Source: Patescibacteria group bacterium (GTDB lineage: Bacteria; Patescibacteriota; Microgenomatia; Levybacterales; GWA1-39-11). Taken from it: 64,000 nt of DNA. The notes beneath the pieces were generated by a model. The model was given only the letters and a program-made list of their open reading frames with translations, made no database searches and had not been told where the DNA came from. The stretch is taken from contig DASZYA010000004.1 of assembly GCA_035545675.1 (NCBI GenBank), positions 6,519-70,518 of the forward strand, written 5' to 3'. The translations under genes were made by a program, and so were the position numbers. How positions within the stretch are numbered: position 1 is the stretch's first letter; each line of letters starts with the position of its first letter. Below, one piece after another: positions 1 through 10,128 of this stretch.

Positions 1-1
1 T

Positions 2-1297
2 ATTATTGATCCGGAGGATGAGTATAAAGCGCTTTGTCATGCACTGGACGGAGAATATATTAATTTCTCAAAGAATTCTGAGGTTAAAATAAATCCTTTT
101 GCTCTAATTGCAGAAGATATGACAGACGCACAACTTGGTATAAAAATCTTGTCCCTTCATGGACTTCTTAAAACAATGCTTGGAGATATGACCCCGACTC
201 AGGAGGCAATTCTGGACCGTGCTATTGTTCTTTGTTATAAACAAAAGGGAATTACTCCAGATCCTGCAACCTATAAGCTTGAGCCACCAATCCTTGAGGA
301 TCTTTACAAAACTCTTCTAAATATGGAGGAGCCTGAAGCAAAAGATTTATCTTTTAGATTAGAAAAATATGTTAAGGGAGGATTTTCAGGATTATTTAAC
401 CAACAAACAAATTATGATGTTAAAAACCAATTAACTGTTTTCTCGTTAAGACAGCTTGAGGATGTATTACGCCCAATCGCAATGCATGTAATTCTGGACT
501 TTGTTTGGAATAGAGTTAGAACAAAACTTAAAAAAAGAATTTTGGTGGTAGATGAAGCTTGGTATCTTATGCAACATCCAGACTCAGCTAGCTTCCTTCA
601 GGGAATTGCAAAACGTGCAAGAAAATATTTCCTAGGGGTCACTACTCTAACTCAGGATATAGAAGACTTCCTTAATAATGATTATGGAAAATCAATTCTT
701 TCTAATTCTTCTGTTCAAATTCTTTTGAAACAAAATTCTTCTGAGGTAGAAACTCTTGCAAAAGCCCTCTTCTTATCAGAAGGGGAAAAACAATTCTTGG
801 TTACAGCTCAGGTTGGAGAAGGATTATTATTTGCTGGACAAAATCACATAACAGCCGCTTTTGTAGCCTCTTCCTCTGAATATGATCTTATTACTTCAAA
901 GCCTCAGGACATTATGGATGCACAAAATAATTCCGCTCCAGTAAATGAACCTATTGATGTACAAAGCACAGAAATTCCAATACCAACTGCGCCAATTCAA
1001 AACCCTGCTCAACCTCAAAATCAACCAATAGATAATAGTGAAATAAAAGTTGTATCAACCAACCCAACGCCAGTTATGCCACAACCCATACCTCAAACAA
1101 CCAACCCAACACTCACACAAACTGCGCCTACAAGTGGCGTACCCATTGCAAGCGTGTCTCAACCACAACAACCAACAACACTCGCCGGAATATCTCAACA
1201 GAATATGAACATAGGTAATTCAACTATCCAGGCTTCAGCTACACCAACCACACCCCAGACACCCCAAGTAGGATCAGTGGGTGGACAAAATGGCTAG
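2..1297 (+). CDS. VirB4/TraC-like type IV secretion ATPase (5' partial) with Pro/Gln/Thr-rich C-terminal tail
   Basis: Frame open from nt 2 (IIDPEDEY...INPF); Walker B VVDEAW, KRARKY and TQ motifs typical of VirB4-family ATPases. Confidence 0.85.
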   Translation: MIDPEDEYKALCHALDGEYINFSKNSEVKINPFALIAEDMTDAQLGIKILSLHGLLKTMLGDMTPTQEAILDRAIVLCYKQKGITPDPATYKLEPPILEDLYKTLLNMEEPEAKDLSFRLEKYVKGGFSGLFNQQTNYDVKNQLTVFSLRQLEDVLRPIAMHVILDFVWNRVRTKLKKRILVVDEAWYLMQHPDSASFLQGIAKRARKYFLGVTTLTQDIEDFLNNDYGKSILSNSSVQILLKQNSSEVETLAKALFLSEGEKQFLVTAQVGEGLLFAGQNHITAAFVASSSEYDLITSKPQDIMDAQNNSAPVNEPIDVQSTEIPIPTAPIQNPAQPQNQPIDNSEIKVVSTNPTPVMPQPIPQTTNPTLTQTAPTSGVPIASVSQPQQPTTLAGISQQNMNIGNSTIQASATPTTPQTPQVGSVGGQNG

Positions 1298-2954
1298 CAC
1301 AACTTTAGATAAAGACCAAGATCAGTCAGTTGGGTATGGGGGACAACCCCCACAGACAGAAGATATTCAGAATCCTTTTCCAGGCGGAGAACCTCCAGAA
1401 GATGATCGTGATCAATCCAATCAAGAAAGCTTATCAGACAGAATTCGTAGCGGATACAACACCGCACAAAATATAAAAAGGTTCTCAGGTGCAGGACAAG
1501 CGGCTGAGGCCGGAGAAACTGCAGAAGCGGGGGCTGCGGCAGCAGAGGGCGCTGAGGCCGGTGCGGCGGCGGCTGAAGGCGCAACAGCTGGCGAAGCAAC
1601 TGCCGGAATAGGTGCTGCTGGAACAGCGGGGGCCGAAGCTGGAGCAGCCAGTGCTGCCGGATTAGAAGGGGCTGGAGCTATTGGTGGAGCTGGCTTGGCT
1701 GGGGCCGGGGCTGGAGCTGGAGCTGCAGGAAGTGCAGCTGCAACAGCGGGGGCTGCGGCAGCAACAGAGGCAGCAACGGTAACTGCAGTTGGCGTTGGAG
1801 CAACTCCCGTTGGATGGATAGCAGCAGCGATTGCTGCAGTAATAATTTTGATAATAATCATTGTAGTGTTTTTTAGCGGAAGTACCTCTACTCTTCCCGC
1901 TAATCAAACACAGACTAATCCAACAACCAGAACTGGAACCACCGGTACAGCTATTTGTGGTGGGGGTGGATCATCTGGATCTCTTAACTATTCTGTTTCG
2001 CTCAGAGACACTTCTGTTCTTCCCCAAAACGTAACAGCTGTTCAAAATGAAATAGCTAGTGAATTCCCAAATGCTCATCTTTATGATTGGGATCATGTTG
2101 TTGACTCAGCAGTCAGAGCCGGCTGGAATCCTTCCTTTATTCTTACTTTATGGATCGAAGAAAGTGGCGCTCAGGGTGCTTCCGGCTATACAGATGCTTT
2201 AGGCTGTGATCCAACACATCCAACAACGGATCTTAATAAAAGCTTAAATTGTGTTTTTAATTCTTTTAGAAATTACGATAATTTTGATGATTTTATGTGC
2301 GTATATGGAGGAGATGGATTCCATAAAGCCCCATGTACGTTTAATTCTGATAATCCAAATTTTCCGGGTAATATCCAGAAGTGGTATACAAAGCTTACCG
2401 GTGGAACAGACTCTAGTAGCCCAGCTTCTCCACTTGCTTGTGCGCCTGGTACCCCAGGAGACTGGCCAACAATGGGTCAAATATCTCAAGGTCCTCAGGG
2501 AGCAACTGATCATGCAAGACTAGCAACCTATGGTTGGAACGCAATTGATGTAGCCGGCGCGCCAGATGAAAAAATAAAATCTGCTTTTAACGGAACTGTG
2601 ACTGCGGTACATGATTGCATAAAAGACGGTGATTGCTCAGGTGGCTACAATGGATTTGGAAATTCTGTTGAAGTTACAACAAACACAGATAAGGGGTCGT
2701 TCACTACCCTGTATGGTCACTTATCAGAAATAGATGCAGTTATTAACTCAGATATTAAAGCTGGGGATCTAATTGGACTTATGGGAACAACGGGTCACTC
2801 AACGGGGGTTCATCTTCATTATCAATTTATCGGCGCCGACATGGCTCCACCAAACATTCCCCAGCCGATTGTCCCATTAGATTGTGATTCTATTGGCGCA
2901 TGTAATCCCGATCATATTCAACCCGGCGAGCTAAGCCCGACGCCAGCTATATAA
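1281..2954 (+). CDS. Membrane-anchored cell-wall hydrolase: Ala/Gly-rich region, TM helix, lysozyme-like segment, C-terminal M23 peptidase
   Basis: TM IAAVIILIIIIVVFF; GFGNSV, LYGHL, GTTGHSTGVHLH M23 motifs; LWIEESG muramidase-like motif. Confidence 0.75.
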   Translation: MDKMASTTLDKDQDQSVGYGGQPPQTEDIQNPFPGGEPPEDDRDQSNQESLSDRIRSGYNTAQNIKRFSGAGQAAEAGETAEAGAAAAEGAEAGAAAAEGATAGEATAGIGAAGTAGAEAGAASAAGLEGAGAIGGAGLAGAGAGAGAAGSAAATAGAAAATEAATVTAVGVGATPVGWIAAAIAAVIILIIIIVVFFSGSTSTLPANQTQTNPTTRTGTTGTAICGGGGSSGSLNYSVSLRDTSVLPQNVTAVQNEIASEFPNAHLYDWDHVVDSAVRAGWNPSFILTLWIEESGAQGASGYTDALGCDPTHPTTDLNKSLNCVFNSFRNYDNFDDFMCVYGGDGFHKAPCTFNSDNPNFPGNIQKWYTKLTGGTDSSSPASPLACAPGTPGDWPTMGQISQGPQGATDHARLATYGWNAIDVAGAPDEKIKSAFNGTVTAVHDCIKDGDCSGGYNGFGNSVEVTTNTDKGSFTTLYGHLSEIDAVINSDIKAGDLIGLMGTTGHSTGVHLHYQFIGADMAPPNIPQPIVPLDCDSIGACNPDHIQPGELSPTPAI

Positions 2955-2961
2955 TAAGACT

Positions 2962-4008
2962 ATGGAAAAAATAAAAACAATAAATCCTAAAATCTTATTA
3001 ATCATATTTCTTTTTCTGATAACCGTCATCTTAATGGCATTTCTAAGCCTTTTAATTGGCCCAAAAAGGAGCAATAAAACAATACCCGAATCTCTTACCC
3101 CCACCCCTGTTCAAGAACAAATTCCGGAGGACGCTGAAATTCCTACCCCCATTATCCAAAATCCGGCAAGCGTTATAACAAATAATCTTGGTCAAGTAAG
3201 CTTCTCTGTTCTAAATCTTTCAATTCCCAAGGAAATGAATATTTACAGCGCAGAACCCGCTCCAATAGATCAGACAACGGCAGACTCAATTGCTCAAAAA
3301 CTAGGGATCGAAACCAAGGGCAAGATTACAACAACAACCAACGGAGACGCGATGAGTTTTTCAGACAAATCAATCAACCTTATTTTTTATCTGACTTCTG
3401 GAAACACTCAATACTTCAACAGCTTAGCAAGCACTAATCAAACACAAGGCAAGAATCTGAATGATTTACAAAATACATCTAAAAATTTCATGGATCTTTT
3501 TTCTCCTTTATCCGATGGGCTCATTATTGATGAGAAAAACACCTCTTTCATCACTGGTAGCGGAGATACAGAGAGCGTACCAAGCTTTGATCAGGCAACA
3601 ATTATAAACATTCCTTTTATACAAACAGTTGATGGTCTACCACTCTATTCACAATTTGGAAGCAACACGCAGGGAAGTGTTTCTATTAATAAAAATGGAC
3701 AAATATTAAGAGTGATACTTAACACCAAGCAGATATTGCTAGCCAAAAAATCTATCCCCACACTAACATTGGATGCAGCCAAAAAGGCCGTAATCAATGG
3801 AAACGCTGTCATAGCAAAGTATGGAACAGATAATGAGGTTTCTCTTCCAAATCCACAAAGTACATTATTCACAAAGGTAAGCTTAGGATATCTAAGAGAT
3901 ACAACAGCAAAACTCCTCTACCCAATCTTTATATTTGAAGGAGTAGCAACAACCGGAGGACAAAACTATCCAATAACAATCTATCTGACAGCTTACGCAA
4001 CTAATTAA
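2962..4008 (+). CDS. Hypothetical protein with N-terminal membrane anchor
   Basis: 348-aa ORF, one N-terminal hydrophobic helix, 7 nt after the M23 gene. Confidence 0.65.
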   Translation: MEKIKTINPKILLIIFLFLITVILMAFLSLLIGPKRSNKTIPESLTPTPVQEQIPEDAEIPTPIIQNPASVITNNLGQVSFSVLNLSIPKEMNIYSAEPAPIDQTTADSIAQKLGIETKGKITTTTNGDAMSFSDKSINLIFYLTSGNTQYFNSLASTNQTQGKNLNDLQNTSKNFMDLFSPLSDGLIIDEKNTSFITGSGDTESVPSFDQATIINIPFIQTVDGLPLYSQFGSNTQGSVSINKNGQILRVILNTKQILLAKKSIPTLTLDAAKKAVINGNAVIAKYGTDNEVSLPNPQSTLFTKVSLGYLRDTTAKLLYPIFIFEGVATTGGQNYPITIYLTAYATN

Positions 4009-5105
4009 TCCTGAACCCTGACAGGCATAATAATGTGAATAAAATCCGGATCACTTTCCGATTTAAAGACTGCCGGCTCAACAGGAGACAGAAGGTCAAT
4101 TATCACTTCCTTATCTTGAATATTTTTAAGAGCGTCTGTTATGTATTTAATATTAAAAGAACTCTCATTGTCGTCCCCATCTTGTTTAACAACCAATTCA
4201 ACATCTCCTTGCCCTAAACCACTAGACTGAGAATGCATTTCAATTTTTCCATCACTAACCGTGAGCTTAACAACATTAGCACTATCCCTGGCAAAAATAG
4301 ATGCGAGTTTTAATTTCTGATTTAACTCCTCACTATCAACAACTATTTCTGTCTTATGGTTCTTTGGTATAACTCTTTGATAGTTAGGAAAATCTCCATT
4401 AATAAGTCTGCCGACAAAAAGAACGTCTCCTGACTCGAAGATGACCTGGTTTGCTTTCTGATAAACAAACATAGAAATCGCTCCACTAGTTTTAGCACTT
4501 AACACTTCTGCGATAATTCTTGATGGAATAATAAGGTTTGCGTCTATATCCATCTTTCTACCTTTAATTTTCTTCAAAGATAGTCTAAAACCATCCGTTG
4601 CGGCAAAATCAAGTTCGTCTCCGTTTTGAGATACATATACCCCTGTTAATTCAGGTCTTCCTTCGTCGAGGGACGCTGCAAAAATCACTTTTGAAAAGAT
4701 ATTATTCATCTCGTTTTCTGAAAACTCATAAATCTTGTCTCCGTACTCTTCAAAAAGAGTAGGGAATTCTTCTCTAGCTATTGTCTGAAGAGTAACCTTA
4801 TTATCTCGACATTTAACAATTAGACTATCTTTTTCAAGTGTTAGGCTCACTTTGTCTTTAGGAAAAGAAGATAAAACCTCTATAAATTGTTTTCCGGGAA
4901 TTGTTGTTGACCCATTCTCCTCAACTTTTCCTGGAATTTTAATCCTTACACCAATTTCTAGATTCGTTGCACAAAGAAATATTCCGTTTTCATTTGCATC
5001 AATTAATATATTGGAAAGTACTGGGATTTGGGATCTTACTGGAAGAATTTTTGAAATAGTTGGTAAGAAACCTTCAACGTTTTCTATTAGGAAATCTGCT
5101 TTCAT
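4005..5105 (-). CDS. dnaN: DNA polymerase III beta sliding clamp
   Basis: ATNLEIG, ATDGFRLS, FPNYQRVIP, IIMPVR motifs; follows dnaA. Confidence 0.97.
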   Translation of the reverse strand: MKADFLIENVEGFLPTISKILPVRSQIPVLSNILIDANENGIFLCATNLEIGVRIKIPGKVEENGSTTIPGKQFIEVLSSFPKDKVSLTLEKDSLIVKCRDNKVTLQTIAREEFPTLFEEYGDKIYEFSENEMNNIFSKVIFAASLDEGRPELTGVYVSQNGDELDFAATDGFRLSLKKIKGRKMDIDANLIIPSRIIAEVLSAKTSGAISMFVYQKANQVIFESGDVLFVGRLINGDFPNYQRVIPKNHKTEIVVDSEELNQKLKLASIFARDSANVVKLTVSDGKIEMHSQSSGLGQGDVELVVKQDGDDNESSFNIKYITDALKNIQDKEVIIDLLSPVEPAVFKSESDPDFIHIIMPVRVQD

Positions 5106-5241
5106 ATATTATATATATTAGTAGTCGTAGTAGTATATGTGGACAAGTGGAAAAAAGCAACGAAGCACGCCTGTAAAAATGTGGAAAACCTACTGATAAC
5201 TTTGTGAATAATGTGTTGATATTTTTCTATACCCATTTTTA
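5106..5241. other. Replication origin oriC (DnaA boxes, DnaA-trios, AT-rich unwinding element)
   Basis: DnaA-box variants TGTGGACAA 5138-5146, TGTGGAAAA 5180-5188, TGTGAATAA 5203-5211; TAG-trio run tagtagtcgtagtag 5119-5133; AT run 5104-5120; dnaA-dnaN intergenic position. Confidence 0.85.
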
Positions 5242-6576
5242 TTAAAGAGAGATATCCTCTTTTATCTTCCTTTTTATAAACGACATTTCCTCACGAGTCT
5301 TATCCGAGTTTTCAAGAGTTTTCCCTATCTTTTCCACAGCGTGCATAACGGTTGAGTGATCGCGTCCGCCGAGAAGGTTTCCTATTTCAACATATGTAAG
5401 TCCTGCCTCTTCTTTTAGAAGATACATACACATGTGGCGGGGCCCTACCAGGTAAGAATCTCGCTTCACTCCTTTTAGTTGTGTAGTTTTAAGATTGTAG
5501 TAAGTGCAAATTGCGTCAATTATGGCATCTGGTCTGAAAACCACTTTGGTTTGGGTTTTGTTGACCATTGGTAGAATTGTTTCTGGGGTTATATCTCCTG
5601 CTCCGTGTATCGAAGATAGTTTTAGTAAAAATCCTTCTAATGCTCGGGCATCTTCTATGTTTTCCGCAATTGCCTTTGCAGCCTCCAGGGATAAATTTAG
5701 TCCATATTTTTTACTCTTAATAAGAAGTATTGCCGTTCTTAACTCAAAATCCGGTGGCTGAATATCAACGGATAGTCCGCCCTCAAACCTTGAAGCGAGT
5801 CTTGCCTCTAATTTCCTTATTTCAGAAGGTGGTCTATCTGAAGAAAATATAATTTGACCGCCACGATCTATGAGTGCATTAAAAGTGTGGAAAAGTTCTT
5901 CTTGAACCCTGTCTTTCCCGGCTAAAAATTGGATATCGTCAAGTAGAAGTATGTCTACATTTCTGAACTTTTTTCTTATGTCTGCTGTCGTTTTGTCTCT
6001 TATAGCTTCAACTACTTCGTTTGTAAACTCTTCTGTTGTCATATAGATAACTTTTGTGTTGTCATTTTCGGCAAAAACTTTGTTTGCTACCGCATTCATA
6101 AGATGGGTTTTTCCGACTCCTACTGTTCCATAGAAAAACAAAGGGTTATAGCGTGTTCCAGGATTTTGAGCAACGGTTGTCGCAGCCGTATAAGCGAGTT
6201 GGTTGCTTTCTGAAACAGCCAAGGAGTCAAATGTATAATCTGGTCTAATTCTTGCAGGGAGCCCTTTCCTAGCCGATAATTGAACGTCTTTTGCAAAAAG
6301 AGGCGTATCAAGCGTTTTTTTAGATGTAGGTACGTTTCTGCCTTCGGAGGTAAAAACTAAGCTAATATTACTATTAGTCTTTTTATCTAGAACCTTTTTG
6401 ATGAGTGAGTAATATCTTTTTTCCACATAGTCAGCGGTGATGTGGGTTGGTGCATCTATTGTTGCTATGGAATTCTCCAGAGAAACAAGAATAATAGGCT
6501 TAAAAAAAGTGAGAAATATTGGTTTTGAAACCTCTACTTCAATTTCAGCTAGTACTTGCTTCCAAAGATCTTCCAT
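5242..6576 (-). CDS. dnaA: Chromosomal replication initiator DnaA
   Basis: YNPLFFYGTVGVGKTHL, LLDDIQF, GGRDHSTVMHA motifs. Confidence 0.98.
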   Translation of the reverse strand: MEDLWKQVLAEIEVEVSKPIFLTFFKPIILVSLENSIATIDAPTHITADYVEKRYYSLIKKVLDKKTNSNISLVFTSEGRNVPTSKKTLDTPLFAKDVQLSARKGLPARIRPDYTFDSLAVSESNQLAYTAATTVAQNPGTRYNPLFFYGTVGVGKTHLMNAVANKVFAENDNTKVIYMTTEEFTNEVVEAIRDKTTADIRKKFRNVDILLLDDIQFLAGKDRVQEELFHTFNALIDRGGQIIFSSDRPPSEIRKLEARLASRFEGGLSVDIQPPDFELRTAILLIKSKKYGLNLSLEAAKAIAENIEDARALEGFLLKLSSIHGAGDITPETILPMVNKTQTKVVFRPDAIIDAICTYYNLKTTQLKGVKRDSYLVGPRHMCMYLLKEEAGLTYVEIGNLLGGRDHSTVMHAVEKIGKTLENSDKTREEMSFIKRKIKEDISL

Positions 6577-6621
6577 AAGGGGAAAAATAAAACACTCCGA
6601 GCAGAGAACAAAGTATACGAA

Positions 6622-6630
6622 TGTGGATAA
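6622..6630. promoter_or_regulatory. Perfect DnaA box upstream of dnaA (autoregulation or second part of oriC)
   Basis: TGTGGATAA (TTATCCACA on minus) 46 nt upstream of the dnaA start. Confidence 0.75.
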
Positions 6631-6695
6631 CTTTTTGTCAAGGGGAAATGAAGCAAATAATACTCCACTCTTTTGATATACTGAATAAAGAATTT

Positions 6696-9089
6696 ATGAG
6701 AATAGGACTTTTTACCGAGGGATTTTTTCCACAGCCAAACGGTGTTTCAGTAAGCGTTTTTGAGACAGCCAAGGAGTTAGAAAAACGGGGACATAATGTT
6801 ATTGTGGTTGCACCAAAATACCCAGGCTTTGTGGACAAGGAGCTAGATGTTATAAGACTTGCTTCTGTTAAAGTTCAAGAAGAAGCAAATATTAGAGTTG
6901 CATTAGCGCTTCCAGATACATCTTTTAGACGAGTTTTAGCTACAGACTTCGACTTGATACATGCACATAGTGGTGGTCCGATAACTCTTTTAGGTTCACA
7001 GATTGCTAAAAGCAAAGACATACCAATAGTCATTACTTATCACACACTTTGGAATAGATATACCCACTATTTTTTGAAAGGAAAAGTTGTTACCCCAAAA
7101 ATGATGGAGAGAGCAACAAAAATATTTGGTAATACCTTTGATTATCTTATCGCGCCAAGTGAAAGAGTTGAGAAAGAGCTTAAAAAATATGGAGTGAGGC
7201 GCCCCATAGCAGTTGTTCCAAGTGGAATTGATACTGAAAAATTTAACAAAGCAGAAAAAGGATTCCTGAGAAAAATAACAGGCATAAAAGATGCGCCAAT
7301 TGTTTTATTTGTTGGGAGAGTTGGAAGGGAAAAAAACGTGGATTTCTTAATAAGGTCATTTCGTGAGGTAGCGAAAAGGTCTGACGCACACCTAGTAATA
7401 GTTGGAGAAGGAAGAGATAGAAAAAAGTTAGAGGCTCTTGTTAAAAAGCTTGATTTAGAAAAAAGAGTACATTTTACAGGGTTAATAAATAACTCAGAGA
7501 TCCAAAAGGTTTATAAAGATGCAACTGTTTTTGTTTTTGCTTCCACCACAGAAACCCAAGGCTTAATAATCCCAGAGGCTTTGGCAAGCGGGGTTCCGGT
7601 AGTTGTGGTAGATGATCCAGCCTACAACTGCGTTGAAGATGGGAAAAATGGTTTCGTTGTAAAAAAGAACATTAATGAGTTTGCTCTAAAAACACTTGCC
7701 GTAATTGAGAACAAGGAGCTTAGAAAAAAACTATCAGAGCAAGCGATCATTACAGCAGAATCTCTTTCTGTCAAAAAAACAGTAGACAAACTAGAATCAG
7801 TTTATTTCGGTCTACTTAATAAGTATAACGAAGAAAGCGTAGCAAGAATCATGGGTCAAAATGAAAAAAGTGAGCGCATTTTTGTTGTAGACCTGGTATT
7901 CTTTGCAACTGTAATTGTCTTAAGGTTTGCTGCTCTCTTAGGGGATCACGCTACTTACCCAGCTCTATTCTTCCAAAATCAAATTATTTATCACACGGCT
8001 ATTGGTCTTTTTTTGATTTTGATGTTTTTGGCAGCCCTATTTAGAAAAAGAGATGTTGGTCTTATTCCCTTGGTAATGCTAGGAGTGGGTTTAGGCCTAA
8101 TAATAGATGAGGCCTGGTCAATAGTTGGAATACATGCAACATACCAAAATTACTGGAACCCACTAAATCTTTTGGCAATTCTTCTTGTTGGTGTTGTGCC
8201 CCCACTTCTTATAAGAAATAAGATTTCTGATAGACCAAAGTTTTATATTTCAACAAGAGAACAGAGACACGTTAATCCCGAGAACCCAAAGGTAAGCGTT
8301 GTAATACCTGCATATAATGAAGGCAATTTTATTGCCCCAACTCTTAAAAGTCTTCTCAACCAAACATACAAGAATTTTGAGTTAATAGTTGTGGATAACT
8401 CTTCAACTGATAACACTAGCGATGTTGCCGCAAGTTTTGGAGCGCGCGTAATTAAACAACACGTAACAGGCGTTGCCGCTACCCGTCAGGCAGGGTTCTT
8501 TGAGTCAAAAGGTGAAATTGTTGTATCAACTGATGCAGACTCCATAGTTCCCGAGAATTGGATAGAAAGAATTGTGGAAAAGTACAACAAAAACAAAAAA
8601 CTATCTGCTTACGGTGGATTGAATTATCTATATTCTGGGCCAGTTACAGCAAGAGCTGCCGGAAGATATCTGTTCCCAATATTCTGGAGAATAGATAGGA
8701 TTGTTAACCACGGTTGGAATTTGGTTGGATTTAATATGTCTGCAAGAAAAGATGCATTTATTAAGGTTGGAGGATTTAACTCTGATCTTAAGATGGGAGA
8801 GGATATAGATCTTTCTCAAAAACTTAGGACAGTTGGGGACATAGAGATTGACGATAGTCTTTTGGTTTATTCTTCCGGCAGGCGTTACAAGGATGGTCTC
8901 TTTGCAGGACTTACTGCTTACGTTCCCTTTTGGATATCAAAAATTCTTCTTAAGAAAGACAAGCCATTTGAATTCAAAGCAGTAAGGAGTGAAAAGAGTA
9001 ACAAAAAAGGATTTGCCTATCTACCGCTATGCGTTGTTTCTCTTCTTCTTGTGGCAATGTTTCTACTAGCCAATCCCGCCTTATTCTAG
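6696..9089 (+). CDS. Fused GT4 glycosyltransferase - 4 TM helices - GT2 glycosyltransferase
   Basis: MRIGLFTEGFFPQPNGV and ETQGLIIPEALASG (GT4); SVVIPAYNE, VVDNSSTD, TDAD, GED (GT2); start moved to ATG 6696. Confidence 0.85.
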   Translation: MRIGLFTEGFFPQPNGVSVSVFETAKELEKRGHNVIVVAPKYPGFVDKELDVIRLASVKVQEEANIRVALALPDTSFRRVLATDFDLIHAHSGGPITLLGSQIAKSKDIPIVITYHTLWNRYTHYFLKGKVVTPKMMERATKIFGNTFDYLIAPSERVEKELKKYGVRRPIAVVPSGIDTEKFNKAEKGFLRKITGIKDAPIVLFVGRVGREKNVDFLIRSFREVAKRSDAHLVIVGEGRDRKKLEALVKKLDLEKRVHFTGLINNSEIQKVYKDATVFVFASTTETQGLIIPEALASGVPVVVVDDPAYNCVEDGKNGFVVKKNINEFALKTLAVIENKELRKKLSEQAIITAESLSVKKTVDKLESVYFGLLNKYNEESVARIMGQNEKSERIFVVDLVFFATVIVLRFAALLGDHATYPALFFQNQIIYHTAIGLFLILMFLAALFRKRDVGLIPLVMLGVGLGLIIDEAWSIVGIHATYQNYWNPLNLLAILLVGVVPPLLIRNKISDRPKFYISTREQRHVNPENPKVSVVIPAYNEGNFIAPTLKSLLNQTYKNFELIVVDNSSTDNTSDVAASFGARVIKQHVTGVAATRQAGFFESKGEIVVSTDADSIVPENWIERIVEKYNKNKKLSAYGGLNYLYSGPVTARAAGRYLFPIFWRIDRIVNHGWNLVGFNMSARKDAFIKVGGFNSDLKMGEDIDLSQKLRTVGDIEIDDSLLVYSSGRRYKDGLFAGLTAYVPFWISKILLKKDKPFEFKAVRSEKSNKKGFAYLPLCVVSLLLVAMFLLANPALF

Positions 9090-10061
9090 GTTTTTATAGA
9101 CAACAACTAGAAGCGAGATGAAAGGAATTGCAAGTAAAGCTCCTGCCATTCCCAAAAGCTTTCCGCCAATAATAATGCTTAGAATTATAACTATTGGGTT
9201 AAGTCCCACTGCTCTTTGCATGATTCTTGGAACGAGAACATGATTCTCAATAAATTGTATAAAGAAGTAAGATACGGCAACAACAATTCCTAAGAATGGC
9301 GAGATACTTAAAGCCACAAAAACAGCTGGAATCGCAGATATTATCGGACCAATGGTTGGAACTATTTCAAAAAGCGCTGCCGTAACAGCAAGCGGTAATG
9401 CAAACTCTATTCCAATAGCAGTCAGAACTACCCAAGTTAAGATTCCTATAAAAGCAGATAGCACTATTTGTCCACGAAGCCAGTTTCCAAGCTTGTCTTC
9501 AACTTGTTCTACTGTTCTTTTTACTTTCGCTTGATTCTTTTTTGGAAATAGCCCGGCAAAGCTGTCTATAACTGTCTCACGATACAAAAGAAGGTAAAAA
9601 GAGATAGCAAAAATTGAAACAGCCGACACTACTCCACCAAAAACTCTGGTAGTTACACTAATTGCATTTGATCCAATATTTCCAAGTTCATTTGTGGCAA
9701 GGCTATTTATTTGAGAGCTGTGAATTCTTGCACCAAAAAAGTCTATGTCGTGATTTAGATACCCCGGCAAAATCGCAAGTAAGGCTGATACCTGGCTAAT
9801 AAAGAAAGGCAGGATTGAGATTATGATTAAAACTAAGACAGCGATAGTTATAAGATACGGGATTGTTGCGGCAAGTGGCCTTGGTACGTTGTGTGATCTC
9901 AAAAACTTAACCACAGGGTAAATTGCAGACATTATGATGTAGGAAACAAAAAGAGCTACAATAATCTCGCGCATTGCAATTATTGCCCAAAATGTTACTA
10001 CAACAAGAAGCGCTGCTAATACCTGATTTTTGAGGAAGAAGTTGATAAATTGTTTTCTCAT
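9081..10061 (-). CDS. AI-2E family transporter
   Basis: WLRGQ, IVPTIGP, QFIENHVLVPRIM, GALLAIP motifs; multi-TM. Confidence 0.9.
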   Translation of the reverse strand: MRKQFINFFLKNQVLAALLVVVTFWAIIAMREIIVALFVSYIIMSAIYPVVKFLRSHNVPRPLAATIPYLITIAVLVLIIISILPFFISQVSALLAILPGYLNHDIDFFGARIHSSQINSLATNELGNIGSNAISVTTRVFGGVVSAVSIFAISFYLLLYRETVIDSFAGLFPKKNQAKVKRTVEQVEDKLGNWLRGQIVLSAFIGILTWVVLTAIGIEFALPLAVTAALFEIVPTIGPIISAIPAVFVALSISPFLGIVVAVSYFFIQFIENHVLVPRIMQRAVGLNPIVIILSIIIGGKLLGMAGALLAIPFISLLVVVYKNLE

Positions 10062-10128
10062 AGCCTCAATTATAAACATTATAGGTCTAAATTGCAAGTA
10101 AGAATAGGCCAAATGCTATAATGACCTT

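Noticed and set aside
1421-1861. Ala/Pro-rich antisense ORF
   Set aside because: Mirror of the Ala/Gly low-complexity region of the M23 gene
6621-6695. N-terminal extension of the GT fusion
   Set aside because: Overlaps the DnaA box and promoter region; GT4 homology starts at MRIGLF
8390-8398. Perfect DnaA box TGTGGATAA inside the GT gene
   Set aside because: Encodes the conserved GT2 VVDN motif; isolated and probably coincidental
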